From: Sedimentisphaerales bacterium
Lineage (GTDB): Bacteria; Planctomycetota; Phycisphaerae; Sedimentisphaerales; SM23-30
Assembly (NCBI GenBank): GCA_963663805.2
Contig: CAXXMR010000030.1
Location: forward strand, 1 to 64,000
Length of the DNA stretch: 64,000 nt
Direction of reading: 5' to 3'
Below the pieces are notes generated by a model. It ran no database searches. It had not been told where the DNA came from and saw only the letters and a program-made list of their open reading frames with translations. The position numbers and the translations under genes were made by a program. Shown here piece after piece: positions 44,396 to 54,383 of this stretch. Position 1 is the first letter of the stretch. Each line of letters starts with the position of its first letter.

Positions 44396-44755
44396 CTATA
44401 GCGAGCTTTTACGCTCATAGCGTTTTCGGCGGCGACTGCGAAATAAATCAATGCCTTCCAGTATCCAGCTTAGCTTGGCAATATCAACTTCGATTGATGC
44501 CTGATTATTTTTGCCGGGGATTTTTTCAAACGTGCCTTCCTCCAGCCGCTTATACCAAACGACGAATCCGGTGCGGTCCCAGAAAAGAATCTTACATTTG
44601 TCGCCGCGTTTATTGAAGAACACAAACAGATGGCCGCTGAACGAATCTTGAAGCATGAAGTTTTCCGCCAGCATCGAAAGCTTGTTAAAACCGCAACGCA
44701 TATCCGTCGGCTGAGAGTAAATGAAAATCTTCACCGCCGGGGGCAGAGTTAGCAT
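44396..44755 (-). CDS. tnpB: IS66 accessory protein TnpB
   Basis: TDMRCGFN.L, FVFFNKR...KILFWD.TGF..WYKRLE.G.F. Confidence 0.93.
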   Translation of the reverse strand: MLTLPPAVKIFIYSQPTDMRCGFNKLSMLAENFMLQDSFSGHLFVFFNKRGDKCKILFWDRTGFVVWYKRLEEGTFEKIPGKNNQASIEVDIAKLSWILEGIDLFRSRRRKRYERKSSL

Positions 44756-45099
44756 AGCTTTGCCTGTTTTAGCGCGGAAAGAACGCCGGTTAAAAATGCA
44801 TCGTCGATATTTGAAGGTATCCGCAATGTATGGCCAGCCGCCAGAACAAGCTCCAGAGAACCGGGCTGGGACGGGGGCATCGAAACGCGAATGAAGGCCT
44901 CCGGCTGCGCCTCTGACTTGCTGTCGTAATCAGAGTTTCGGGCTTGGGTCAGACGCCTGCGCCAGGAATAAAAAGATGGCTCAGATAAACCTTCCTGCCG
45001 ACAAAACTGACGAACGGATAACCCACTGGATTGAAATGTCTCCAGCACCATCCGCCAAAACTGCCGCTGTTCCGTATCAGATTTTCGCGCTTTGCCCAT
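44749..45099 (-). CDS. tnpA: IS66 accessory protein TnpA
   Basis: W......SSGLSVRQFCRQEGLS..SFYSWRRRL. Confidence 0.9.
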   Translation of the reverse strand: MGKARKSDTEQRQFWRMVLETFQSSGLSVRQFCRQEGLSEPSFYSWRRRLTQARNSDYDSKSEAQPEAFIRVSMPPSQPGSLELVLAAGHTLRIPSNIDDAFLTGVLSALKQAKLC

Positions 45100-45283
45100 G
45101 ATTGCCTCTCCATTAAATCATGAGCCGTATTATCAATTTTTCAAAGAACCCCGCAAGATGCACTTGGCCGGAACCTTACGCTTGAAAAACGAGAGAAAAC
45201 AACGCAAAAACGCGAGTGTGGCATAAGATATTTATTTATAAAGATTTACAAAACATAGAGCGCGGGCTTTTTTCGTATCGTTC

Positions 45284-45351
45284 GGGGTCCCGAGTTGGAC
45301 ACATGGCCGTTAATCATTTTAGCAATTCCGAAATAAGGATGTTTTGGGGAG
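45284..45351 (+). repeat. 68-bp att-like element-end motif, copy 2
   Basis: 54/68 ungapped identity to 4491-4558; lies just upstream of the recombinase module. Confidence 0.7.
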
Positions 45352-45354
45352 TCG

Positions 45355-45389
45355 AAAGCCTCTCACACCCCCTGTGAGAGGCTTTTTTT
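45355..45389 (+). terminator. Intrinsic terminator
   Basis: AAAGCCTCTCAC-ACCCCCT-GTGAGAGGCTTTTTTT. Confidence 0.75.
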
Positions 45390-45640
45390 ATGCGCGTCAA
45401 ATCGCGCAGAATCCGCGATATTTGTACAGGGAAACCCGTTCGATTTGACGGGGTTTTGGGACGGGGGTACTCAGGTTGTTAACTGGGATTAGGCCCAAAA
45501 ACGCCTATTCTCCATAAACTCTGAGACTCTGACGCCCTTGGAGCTCTTTCAGTTAACACTCTAAAAAGTTTTGGGGTAGATAAAAAAAGTCTCGAACTCG
45601 GCCTGATGAAACCACCCCCGCAATTTTATTTTTTCTCAAT

Positions 45641-45687
45641 TTTCTGCGCGACAAAATCGGCCCAGCTGCAGATATAGAGGGTGTAGG
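45641..45687 (+). promoter_or_regulatory. Putative element-sigma-dependent promoter, copy A
   Basis: 34/47 ungapped match to 57896-57942. Confidence 0.5.
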
Positions 45688-45722
45688 CAGTTAGTATTTT
45701 TTCTTAAAACAGGAGGCCGAAC

Positions 45723-45905
45723 TTGCTCAAATCCAAGTCACATTTGGAACTCACCCCCCGCCAGCGTCGGCGGCAGATTATTGAAATCATTTCCGCATCC
45801 CTGGCTACCCCGCCCAAGCCGGAAAATGCCCCAGAGGAGGCATGTCAGAATTCTGCAAAAACCGGCAAAAATACTCCAGATTTTTCTCAGAAAGCCCTTG
45901 AGTAA
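45723..45905 (+). CDS. Small hypothetical protein
   Basis: Strong AGGAGG RBS with a TTG start; first ORF of the recombinase operon. Confidence 0.4.
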   Translation: MLKSKSHLELTPRQRRRQIIEIISASLATPPKPENAPEEACQNSAKTGKNTPDFSQKALE

Positions 45906-45981
45906 CTCGGTGAAATCGGGCTTAAGTGTGTCTGTGTTAACTGAGAAATATGGCTCAAAACCCCGGCTGGGAGTATGCGCA

Positions 45982-46488
45982 ATGAAGATGACTACAAAAC
46001 AGAAAATCGCGGAAATTCAGAAGATGACGGTGGGTGAAATGCGGCGGGAATATATCGATGTGTTCGGTGAAGATACCCGTTCCTGTAATCGCCAATGGCT
46101 GTATCGAAGACTTGCCTGGCGGCTGCAGGCCTTGGATGAAGGTGGTATTACTAACCGGGCCCGGAATCGAGCTCGGGAACTGGTGCGGGATCAGGATATT
46201 CGTGTCATTCCCCCGGCGGAGATGAATCTGGAACCGCCACACAAATCAACAGACAAGACGCTCGATGCCCCGGATTTCATTATCAACAACCGTGACCCCC
46301 GATTGCCTATCCCGGGCCAGGTAATCCCTCGCAGATATAAAGGCACCATGCACCAGGTCACCGTCCTGGCTAATGGTTTTGAATATGAAGGCAAGGTCTA
46401 TCGCAGCTTGTCGGCGATAGCCCGCTTAATTACCGGCAGTAACTGGAACGGATACCACTTCTTTAAACTTCCCAGCCCCAGAAAGTAG
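45982..46488 (+). CDS. DUF2924-domain protein
   Basis: RRLAWRLQ...GG, R.YKG..H.V.V...GFEYEG..YRSLSAIAR.ITG..WNG..FF. Confidence 0.88.
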   Translation: MKMTTKQKIAEIQKMTVGEMRREYIDVFGEDTRSCNRQWLYRRLAWRLQALDEGGITNRARNRARELVRDQDIRVIPPAEMNLEPPHKSTDKTLDAPDFIINNRDPRLPIPGQVIPRRYKGTMHQVTVLANGFEYEGKVYRSLSAIARLITGSNWNGYHFFKLPSPRK

Positions 46489-46493
46489 AGTGA

Positions 46494-48032
46494 ATGATAA
46501 GAGCCACAAAAGAAATAGTTCGTTGTGCAATTTACACCCGCAAAAGCACCGAAGAGGGATTGGAGCAGGATTTTAACTCTCTGGATGCCCAGCGGGAAGC
46601 TGCCCTGTCATATATCAACAGCCAGAAACACACCGGCTGGATAAGTATCGGTGATAGCTACGATGATGGAGGGTTCACCGGCGGTAATACCGATCGCCCT
46701 GCCTTCCAGCGTATGATGCAGGATATTGAAGATGGTTTGATTGACTGCATCGTAGTTTATAAAATTGATCGGTTGAGCCGTAGTCTTCTGGATTTCGTAA
46801 AAATCATGGAAGTACTCGAAGCAAATAATGTTTCGCTGGTATCGGTGACTCAGCAGTTTAATACTACTTCCTCCATGGGGAGATTGACGCTGAATATTCT
46901 CCTGTCATTTGCCCAGTTTGAACGGGAAATCATCTCGGAACGTACCCGGGATAAAATTGCCGCGGCCCGCCGTAAGGGCAAATGGGCTGGCGGCCACCGG
47001 GTACTGGGCTATGATCTCAAAGAGAGAATCGGCAGTAAATATCTGGCTGTCAATTCCCGAGAGGCCGACCAGGTAAAACAGATATTCGAGATTTATGCCC
47101 AAACCGGCTCCATTATGGATACCTTGCGGTCATTGCGGGAGAAAGGCATTACCACCAAGAAATACCATACCAAGAAGGGCAAGTTGCGGGGAGGTGTTAA
47201 TTTCGACACGGGCACGCTGCGCACCCTGCTGACGAACGTAACTTACCTGGGTAAGGTCAAATATAAAGATCAGGTATATGAAGGTGAACACGAAGCGATA
47301 GTCGATGAGGACACCTTCGGGTTGGCCCAGGGACTGCTCAAACAGCATCGCCATTCCCAGCATAGAAGCCAGAAAAACCCGGCCTTGCTGAATGGCTTGC
47401 TACGCTGTCAACATTGCGGCTGTGCCATGACGCATCATTATTCCAGTAAGCCGAATAAGCGGTATCGTTACTATGTCTGCCTGAAGGCCCAAAAGCAGGG
47501 TTGGAATACCTGCCCCGGGCCATCACTGCCAGCGCCGGAACTGGAGCGTTTTGTGGTTGATCAGATTAGGGGTATCGGTCAGGACACTGGGGTATTACGG
47601 GACTGCGTCCAGAGTGCCCTGGCGAAAATGCTGGGAGAGATTGAATCCCTTAAGAAAGAGCGCAGCAAAAAAGAAAGACGCATCCGGCAATTGAGTAAAC
47701 AGACGGGCAAAGCCGCCGGCCGGGCCAGGCAAGATGAGGCGGTGGCCCAGAAGATGCAATCATATGAACAGCAGATGAAGCAGCATCAGGACGAGGTGAC
47801 GAAGATCAATACCCAAATAGCGGCCCGGGAAAAACAGATGCTCAATTCTGATGAGCTGGTGGGCTCCATAGAGACTTTTGACCCCATGTGGAACGCGCTG
47901 GGACCGCAGGAAAAGGCCAAACTCATGAATTTGCTGGTAAAACAGATTTCGTGGGATAGTGGTCAGGATAAAATTCATATAACATTTCATCAGGCTAATA
48001 TTGAAGCCCTAACCCAGGCAGGAGTAAATTAA
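46494..48032 (+). CDS. Large serine recombinase (resolvase + recombinase + Zn-ribbon)
   Basis: CAIYTRKS, NSLDAQRE, YKIDRLSRS, AQFERE..SER, C..CG..M...YRYYVC. Confidence 0.93.
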   Translation: MIRATKEIVRCAIYTRKSTEEGLEQDFNSLDAQREAALSYINSQKHTGWISIGDSYDDGGFTGGNTDRPAFQRMMQDIEDGLIDCIVVYKIDRLSRSLLDFVKIMEVLEANNVSLVSVTQQFNTTSSMGRLTLNILLSFAQFEREIISERTRDKIAAARRKGKWAGGHRVLGYDLKERIGSKYLAVNSREADQVKQIFEIYAQTGSIMDTLRSLREKGITTKKYHTKKGKLRGGVNFDTGTLRTLLTNVTYLGKVKYKDQVYEGEHEAIVDEDTFGLAQGLLKQHRHSQHRSQKNPALLNGLLRCQHCGCAMTHHYSSKPNKRYRYYVCLKAQKQGWNTCPGPSLPAPELERFVVDQIRGIGQDTGVLRDCVQSALAKMLGEIESLKKERSKKERRIRQLSKQTGKAAGRARQDEAVAQKMQSYEQQMKQHQDEVTKINTQIAAREKQMLNSDELVGSIETFDPMWNALGPQEKAKLMNLLVKQISWDSGQDKIHITFHQANIEALTQAGVN

Positions 48033-48452
48033 ATGGCAGAGATAACCAAGACATTTGAGGTACATTTCCCCACCGGCCAGCGCGGGCGTAAACGTATCAA
48101 ACGCGGCCCAATCCCCGTTGTGGATACGCCCAGTGGCCGTGTGCCGCGACTTTCGCGCTTGATGGCCCTGGCCTACCATTTCGAGAATCTGATCGAACAG
48201 GGCGGAGTTTATAGCCAGACAGATCTGGCCCAACTGGGCCATGTCAGTCGGGCCCGGGTAACCCAGATTATGAACATGCTGCACCTGGCACCTGATATTC
48301 AGGCAGAGATTCTGTTCCTGCCCCCTATCACTCAGGGGCGGGAGCCAATCCCGGAAACTAAGATTCGGCCTATTATCCGGGAAGTGTGCTGGGAGAGGCA
48401 GCGGGAGATGTGGCGGAATCTCCACCAAAGCATAAATATAAAAGCATTTTGA
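48033..48452 (+). CDS. Small HTH protein typically following such recombinases (candidate directionality factor)
   Basis: RLMALA, LAQLGHVSRARVTQIMN.L.LAPDIQ. Confidence 0.7.
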   Translation: MAEITKTFEVHFPTGQRGRKRIKRGPIPVVDTPSGRVPRLSRLMALAYHFENLIEQGGVYSQTDLAQLGHVSRARVTQIMNMLHLAPDIQAEILFLPPITQGREPIPETKIRPIIREVCWERQREMWRNLHQSINIKAF

Positions 48453-48717
48453 GTTTGATCATGTTTGTCCTGTTTGGCATAAAGTGATGTCTATAAGTGT
48501 TCGGGCACATGAAAAACCGTATATTACGGGATTTCGAGAAAAATTAGGGCATGGCATTGAATTTTCTTGACTTTGCGGTATCAAATCATGTAAAAGTATA
48601 GGTGTCTTAAGGATTTTTATCGCGATTTTCTTTCAACCGCGCATCCGGAAAATATCAGTTAATATTAACCTGGTACTTTTTGATTATATGTTTTTTTCCA
48701 AGAATAGGAGAATGAGT

Positions 48718-49731
48718 ATGTGGAAAATTCATACAAAATCGTTCGTTTCGTTTTGTATTTTGGCTTTCCTTTGTACAGCCCTTCCCGTATCGGCCCATAC
48801 CGTTGTTGGATGGGGATATAACAGTGCCGGCCAGGCTACACCACCTTCAGGAAATGATTTTATCGCAATAGACGCCGGTGACTATCACACCGTTGCCATA
48901 AAAAGCGATGGCTCGATTGCTGCATGGGGCAATAACAATTACGGCCAACTGGTAGGCACTCCTTCCGACAATGATTATACTGCTGTCAGCGCGGGTGGGT
49001 GGCACAGTCTCGCTTTAAAATCTGATGGTTCCATCGTTGCCTGGGGAGGTGATGGTGCCGGTCAGGTCTCTAATACTCCTTCAGATACTGGTTACATAAC
49101 CATCGCCGCTGGAATGCTTCACAGCATAGCTATAAAAAGTGATGGTTCGATAGTGGCATGGGGAGATAATACCCACAATCAGGCAACACCACTTTCCGAC
49201 AATGATTTTATTGCGGTAGATGCCGGAGACTATCACAGCGTTGCTTTAAAATCCGATGGCACTATTGTTTCGTGGGGATGGATTTCATCGGCTCCTTCCG
49301 GCAGTGATTATGTGGCGATTGCCGCAGGGTCATACCACGACATCGCCTTAAAAAATGACGGTTCGATTGTTGCATGGGGAGATGATCTTTACGGTCAGGT
49401 CTCAAATACTCCTTCCGGCAGCGATTATGTAGCCGTCGCCGCTGGAATCTATCACTGTCTTGCCTTAAAAAGCAATGGATCCATTGTTGCATGGGGAAAA
49501 AACGATTATGGTCAGTCAACAACCCCTGAAGGTTATAATTATGTAGCCGTTACGGCAGGATGTGATGACAGCCTCGCCCTCAGAGATATCACCAATGTCT
49601 GCGAATACAATCTCGCCGGAGATGTAAATGACGACTGCAAATTGAACATGTTAGATCTGGCTGTTATAGCGGCGAGTTGGCTCATTGACTGTAACTTAGA
49701 CCCATCCGACCCAGCCTGTATCCCAAAGTAG
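48718..49731 (+). CDS. Secreted RCC1/BLIP-II repeat protein with dockerin-like C-terminus
   Basis: About 7 repeats AG.YHS.ALKSDGSIVAWG; GDVNDDCKLNMLDL...WL. Confidence 0.85.
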   Translation: MWKIHTKSFVSFCILAFLCTALPVSAHTVVGWGYNSAGQATPPSGNDFIAIDAGDYHTVAIKSDGSIAAWGNNNYGQLVGTPSDNDYTAVSAGGWHSLALKSDGSIVAWGGDGAGQVSNTPSDTGYITIAAGMLHSIAIKSDGSIVAWGDNTHNQATPLSDNDFIAVDAGDYHSVALKSDGTIVSWGWISSAPSGSDYVAIAAGSYHDIALKNDGSIVAWGDDLYGQVSNTPSGSDYVAVAAGIYHCLALKSNGSIVAWGKNDYGQSTTPEGYNYVAVTAGCDDSLALRDITNVCEYNLAGDVNDDCKLNMLDLAVIAASWLIDCNLDPSDPACIPK

Positions 49732-50100
49732 AATAAATAGTATCTCAAAAATAAACCCACCGGCAACGAGCCAGTGGGCCATAGTAACTCTTTTAACTAA
49801 CACTTAAACAGGCGTTAGTCAAAAAATGATAAGTTAATTCTGATACTGCCGCCGGGACCATATAGTCCAAGCTACTATACGACCGGTAATAATTATAATC
49901 CATCTGCCAGCGATACGCAACACAATCTTAATTCGCCGGAGAATAAAGCGGTATCAGATAAAAACAGCCACCCTCGGGTCACGTTCCGCTAAAGCGGCTT
50001 TCGCTGTCCGAGCGGGTAGTTGTTATATCTACAGAAAAAAAAACGGGCAACAACCTATCTGATTGCTACCCGTTCAGTTAATCACATCAACTCATATTTG

Positions 50101-53100
50101 CTATGAGGCTGTTTTACTTACAGAGGACAACTCCGATTTCCATTCTGTCAGAAGTTCATCGAGCCAGTCGTAGAGCATTTCTAAGGCTTTCTTATACTGG
50201 TCTTCGGTAATTTCCTTCTGGAAATCGGGGTTGGTTAGCCAGTCGTTTTCTATGAAGTCGATTATGTCCTCGACCATTATGATAGTTTCGTAGGTGGTGT
50301 ATTCCCGTTCGGGTTGATTCTTTTGCCATTTGGCTTGGCGGTTGGATTCGATTTGGGTGTCGGTCAGGATGGTTGCTTCGGGGACTGTCATGGTTCGCAT
50401 CATGGCGACGGCGGTAGAGTCGGAATCATACCAACAGGCTTGCCAGAGCCAATAACCGAAAGTTTCGGCGTTGGTGGAATCTACAAAAATCATCAAATCA
50501 TCGAGGTCGATGTACTGGTCATTGTCGAGGTCGCAGCGGGTGTCGTAGTTTTCGTTGGGGTCACTATTAGTGGCGGGGTCGTAGTTATGCCAGGCTTTCT
50601 CGAACAGGGCGAACTCTTTTAAGTTTACCACACCGTCGGCGTTATAGTCGAGTGTGCAGCTTATGCCGGAATCGCAGGAATAATATTCATCGGCTCCCAT
50701 GTCTACATAGGTATCGTTAATGCGGTCCTCATTGTCGATGTCGGTTTCGCCGGTTATTACGTTCGTGTTGTCACCTTCATCAATACAGGGGGAATTGGCG
50801 GAAAGGTGGAAATTGCCGAGGGTTTCATCATCATAGGCGAAACAGGGGTCGCAGAAGATATTGGTTGGATTATTAGGGTCAGTGTCGCCGCAAGTCAGAG
50901 TTGGGTGATTATAGCAGCTATAGATGGGAATACAGCCGCCGCCGTACTGTTGGCCGGAAGAATTATTATCCCACAGGATACCATTGGTGACATCAAGATT
51001 GTTTGTGGTGCCGTCAATGGCTTTGCCGGTGTTGTAGACGATGGTGCAGTTACGCACTTCGGAGCCGGTGGAGCAGGCGGAAAGGTTTATGCCTGTACCG
51101 CCGTTCAGGTGTATCCAGCAGTTTGTGGCTGAGAGGATATCGGCATAACCGCTTATGCCGCTGCCGTTATTATCGCAGATAATAGAATGATCGACAATCA
51201 AATCGCTGTTGGTGCTAAAGCTTATGCCGTTGCCGGTATTGTTGGTTATACGGCAGTTGCTGATGGTTAGTTCGGTGCCGGTGCCGCAAGTGACGGCGTT
51301 ACCGTAAGCGCTGGTCAGGATGAAGCCGTCGATAACTACGCCGGTGGTCGAATTGTTGAGATTGATAATGGTTGAGCAGGTGATGTTGCCGCTCAGGTAA
51401 GTTTTATTGCGGGCGGGTTTGCGTTCGGATAGGGTGGTTTCGGTGCCTGTAAAACCGCCGTAGATTTCCACGTCGGCGGGGATGGTGAATTTATCGGTGG
51501 ACAGTGTCCCCGGTATATAAGTGCCGGCGGCAACCCTGATTTCATCACCGCAGCCGTTAGCAGCTCTGGCAAGGGCCTCCTGTAAGGTGTTGTAGGCGTT
51601 GGCCCAACTGGTGCCGTTGTTATAGCCGGTGGCGTGGGAGGAAACATAGATTATATCACCGCCGTAACAGCAGAGGTCGAAAGAGGTTTGGTCCTGAATG
51701 TAGTAATAGTCTGAAAGTATGTCCACGGTGCTGTATAGGGTTTCCAGAGGAGTGACGGCGTTGCTGACGGTGGCGGTGATGGAATAACTGGCGGGAGTGC
51801 CGGGGTTGACGGTTACGTTTGGCCAGATGTAACAGTATTCGGTTTCGTCGAGATAGCCGGTGGCGGGAGTTGCGGAGCTAAAGATAAGATTGTCCGGTAT
51901 GTAAAGGATTATATCTGCGTTAATGGCGGTGGTGCCGTTGGGGTCGAGCGTAGCGGTGAGGGTTACCGAATCATCGGGGGACACACAGTCGCCCTGGTGG
52001 GTGGCGGTTAGAGTTACATCGAAGTCATAGCCCGCATCGGCACAGATCATCTTGACAGGGGCCGTGAAATAGCCTCCAGAGATGCCGATACCAAGTTTGC
52101 CAATAGCGTTGCTTCCCCAGCCGAAGATTTCGCCGGTGTCCTCTATTGCTAACTGATGAGTGTAACCATCGTCAATCGCGGTGATGTGCTCAAGATAGCC
52201 GGAGTAGCTTGCCTGTTCGCCGGCGGGGACGATGGTCGGGGCTGTCGGTGTGGCGGTTCCGGTCCATTGCCAGACGAAACCTTCAGCATCGAGAGCGAGA
52301 CTATGGCTTGAACCTGCGCCAATGGCGACGATGTTTTCAAGATAGGTCGTCCCCATTTCGCCGCCGGGAACTCTGGCAGGGTATCCGGTCGTCCACTGCC
52401 AGACATTGCCGTTTTCATCGAGTGCCAGAGAATGATAGCAGGAGGAGATTTCAATGATGTTTTCAAGATAGCCTGTCCCGTTTTCGCCGGGAACCTTCTG
52501 GGCGCAAAGTGTGTTATTGCCCCATTCCCAGACGTTGTCGTTAGCGTCACGAGCGATAGAGTGTTGTACCCCGGCGTCAACTTCGATGATGTCGAAACCG
52601 GTGTCGTGGCCGAGATAAGTAACCGGGTCCAAACTCGTTTTGACTTTGACGGGAGTTTCGATGTCAGCCCCGGAAGTTCCGTTGCCGCATTGCCCGTAAG
52701 CGTTATAGCCCCAGCCGTAAGTATATTCCCCTTCGGAAGCGAGCGAGTGCAAACCGCTGCGGCCTGCGGAAACACAGGTTATGTTTTCGAGAATGGCGTT
52801 TGGGTCAGTGCTTTGTTCGCCAGCAAAAACGGCGATGGGAACTGTAATTTCTACCGTAGTGGATCCATTACCTATTTGACCGTTTGTATCACCACCCCAG
52901 GCCCAGACATTGCCATCAACATTATCAACAGCGAGCGAATGATACCAACCGGCATCAAGGGCGATAATATCTTCAAGAAAATTAGAAGTTGTTTCCATTT
53001 CGCCATCATAAACCTGTATAAGTACATTGGATGAACCGCCAGGTTCCCCTATCCCTAACCTACCATCTGAGTTACTGCCACATGCCCATACAGTATTATT

Positions 53101-53238
53101 TTCCATTAGTACTAACGTATGGTCTTCACCGCCGGAAATCGCTATAGCTCTGAGACAAACTTCGTTTGCATTTGAAATTGCGGTGAGGGTAAGAATAATA
53201 AACATCACAATTGCAAGACTTCTTTTTGCGCGCACCAT
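50101..53238 (-). CDS. Secreted RCC1-repeat + beta-helix (pectin-lyase-like) + dockerin-like protein
   Basis: RCC1 repeats, NNGTSWANAY..LQ.AL, LSANSPCID.G...VDMGADE, DYNADGVVNL. Confidence 0.8.
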   Translation of the reverse strand: MVRAKRSLAIVMFIILTLTAISNANEVCLRAIAISGGEDHTLVLMENNTVWACGSNSDGRLGIGEPGGSSNVLIQVYDGEMETTSNFLEDIIALDAGWYHSLAVDNVDGNVWAWGGDTNGQIGNGSTTVEITVPIAVFAGEQSTDPNAILENITCVSAGRSGLHSLASEGEYTYGWGYNAYGQCGNGTSGADIETPVKVKTSLDPVTYLGHDTGFDIIEVDAGVQHSIARDANDNVWEWGNNTLCAQKVPGENGTGYLENIIEISSCYHSLALDENGNVWQWTTGYPARVPGGEMGTTYLENIVAIGAGSSHSLALDAEGFVWQWTGTATPTAPTIVPAGEQASYSGYLEHITAIDDGYTHQLAIEDTGEIFGWGSNAIGKLGIGISGGYFTAPVKMICADAGYDFDVTLTATHQGDCVSPDDSVTLTATLDPNGTTAINADIILYIPDNLIFSSATPATGYLDETEYCYIWPNVTVNPGTPASYSITATVSNAVTPLETLYSTVDILSDYYYIQDQTSFDLCCYGGDIIYVSSHATGYNNGTSWANAYNTLQEALARAANGCGDEIRVAAGTYIPGTLSTDKFTIPADVEIYGGFTGTETTLSERKPARNKTYLSGNITCSTIINLNNSTTGVVIDGFILTSAYGNAVTCGTGTELTISNCRITNNTGNGISFSTNSDLIVDHSIICDNNGSGISGYADILSATNCWIHLNGGTGINLSACSTGSEVRNCTIVYNTGKAIDGTTNNLDVTNGILWDNNSSGQQYGGGCIPIYSCYNHPTLTCGDTDPNNPTNIFCDPCFAYDDETLGNFHLSANSPCIDEGDNTNVITGETDIDNEDRINDTYVDMGADEYYSCDSGISCTLDYNADGVVNLKEFALFEKAWHNYDPATNSDPNENYDTRCDLDNDQYIDLDDLMIFVDSTNAETFGYWLWQACWYDSDSTAVAMMRTMTVPEATILTDTQIESNRQAKWQKNQPEREYTTYETIIMVEDIIDFIENDWLTNPDFQKEITEDQYKKALEMLYDWLDELLTEWKSELSSVSKTAS

Positions 53239-53280
53239 ACCCGTTTTCTCCTTTCGCGAGATTGGAATAGTAAAAATTAT

Positions 53281-53916
53281 TTAAAGACTACGTCTACGAA
53301 TCGCCAGTAAACCCGCAGCTAATAAACTTATAAGGGTTGGTTCGGGAACCAATACCGCCGAGGTAATATGACCATATATATCGAAATTTTCTTCAGCACA
53401 CGCATTCTCTGAAATGCGAAAGGAATTTATATCCCAGTTCGATAAGTCCGGTGGTGTTAGTGGCAAATCAATGCTGTTAAAAGCTGATTCTGTATGATCC
53501 TCCAGATTCCATGATATTTCAGCAATAGACAGGGAATTAGTGTTCATATTTGTAGTGCTGCCCACATAGTATCTATCTCGACCTAATTTGTTATTTATTA
53601 TGCCAATGGTATAATTGGGGGTGCCAACCACACTAGCAAAAGTAAGGCTGTTGATTGTTATTGCTATTTGTGTGCTTGTTCCCTCTTGCCTATAATCGCC
53701 GACAGAGCTAAGGTCGCTCGAATCAGGGGCCGTGGTATCAAAAGAATATGTGCCTAATATTGTACTTCCTGTACCTATCGAACTGTTTAGTTTACCCAAA
53801 GGGTCAACAACCGAATCGACCACACCTTCGATAGCAATGGTTATAATTGCCGCTGAACAGGCAGAAGCGGCAAAAGCTAAAGTTGCCACAAAAACAATGA
53901 TAACGCCATTTTTCAT
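53281..53916 (-). CDS. PEP-CTERM sorted secreted protein
   Basis: Signal peptide; VPEPTLISLLAAGLLAIRRR. Confidence 0.88.
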   Translation of the reverse strand: MKNGVIIVFVATLAFAASACSAAIITIAIEGVVDSVVDPLGKLNSSIGTGSTILGTYSFDTTAPDSSDLSSVGDYRQEGTSTQIAITINSLTFASVVGTPNYTIGIINNKLGRDRYYVGSTTNMNTNSLSIAEISWNLEDHTESAFNSIDLPLTPPDLSNWDINSFRISENACAEENFDIYGHITSAVLVPEPTLISLLAAGLLAIRRRSL

Positions 53917-54022
53917 GTCAAATCCTCCGTAATAGTGTAATTGTTAAGTTTCCATCCTGATTATACGTAGCGTCCAGTCTATTTGACCAGGTGTTTTTCA
54001 TTTTTATGGCAGTGCATAAAAT

Positions 54023-54162
54023 AAGGGCACCGCCAAACCTATGCTCGCGCTGGGCCCGCTACAGACCTGTCAAGAACACACGCCAGCGATACCCAATGCC
54101 AAATGGCAAATGGGCACCAACCGGTATGCGTCTTCTAACAATAAACTAGCGGTTTTGAGCAA
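54023..54162 (-). ncRNA. Putative structured RNA, unit a
   Basis: Nested stems TGCTC/GAGCA, CCGCTA/TAGCGG and an inner ACCC..GGGC hairpin. Confidence 0.35.
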
Positions 54163-54383
54163 GACGCTCACTGGTAACAGTGATTCACCTATTCAAATGT
54201 AAAAGGCGGCATATTCTGCCTAAGTTCACACTCCTAAAGCCATAAAAATACTTCCCAAACTTACGACTTCCTGTATTTTATCAGATGTTTGTTCTCATTG
54301 CAAGAGAAAAAACTTTTATTTCTGCCACAGCAGCCCCGACCAACTGCTGTAACAATAGGAACTTAGCGTCCTTTATGCGCAAA

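Larger units (their letters stand above)
42698..45179 (-). mobile_element. IS66-family insertion sequence
   Basis: IRs GTAAGTTTCCGGCCAAGT / ACTTGGCCGGAACCTTAC (17/18); tnpA-B-C. No 8-bp TSD. Confidence 0.93.
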
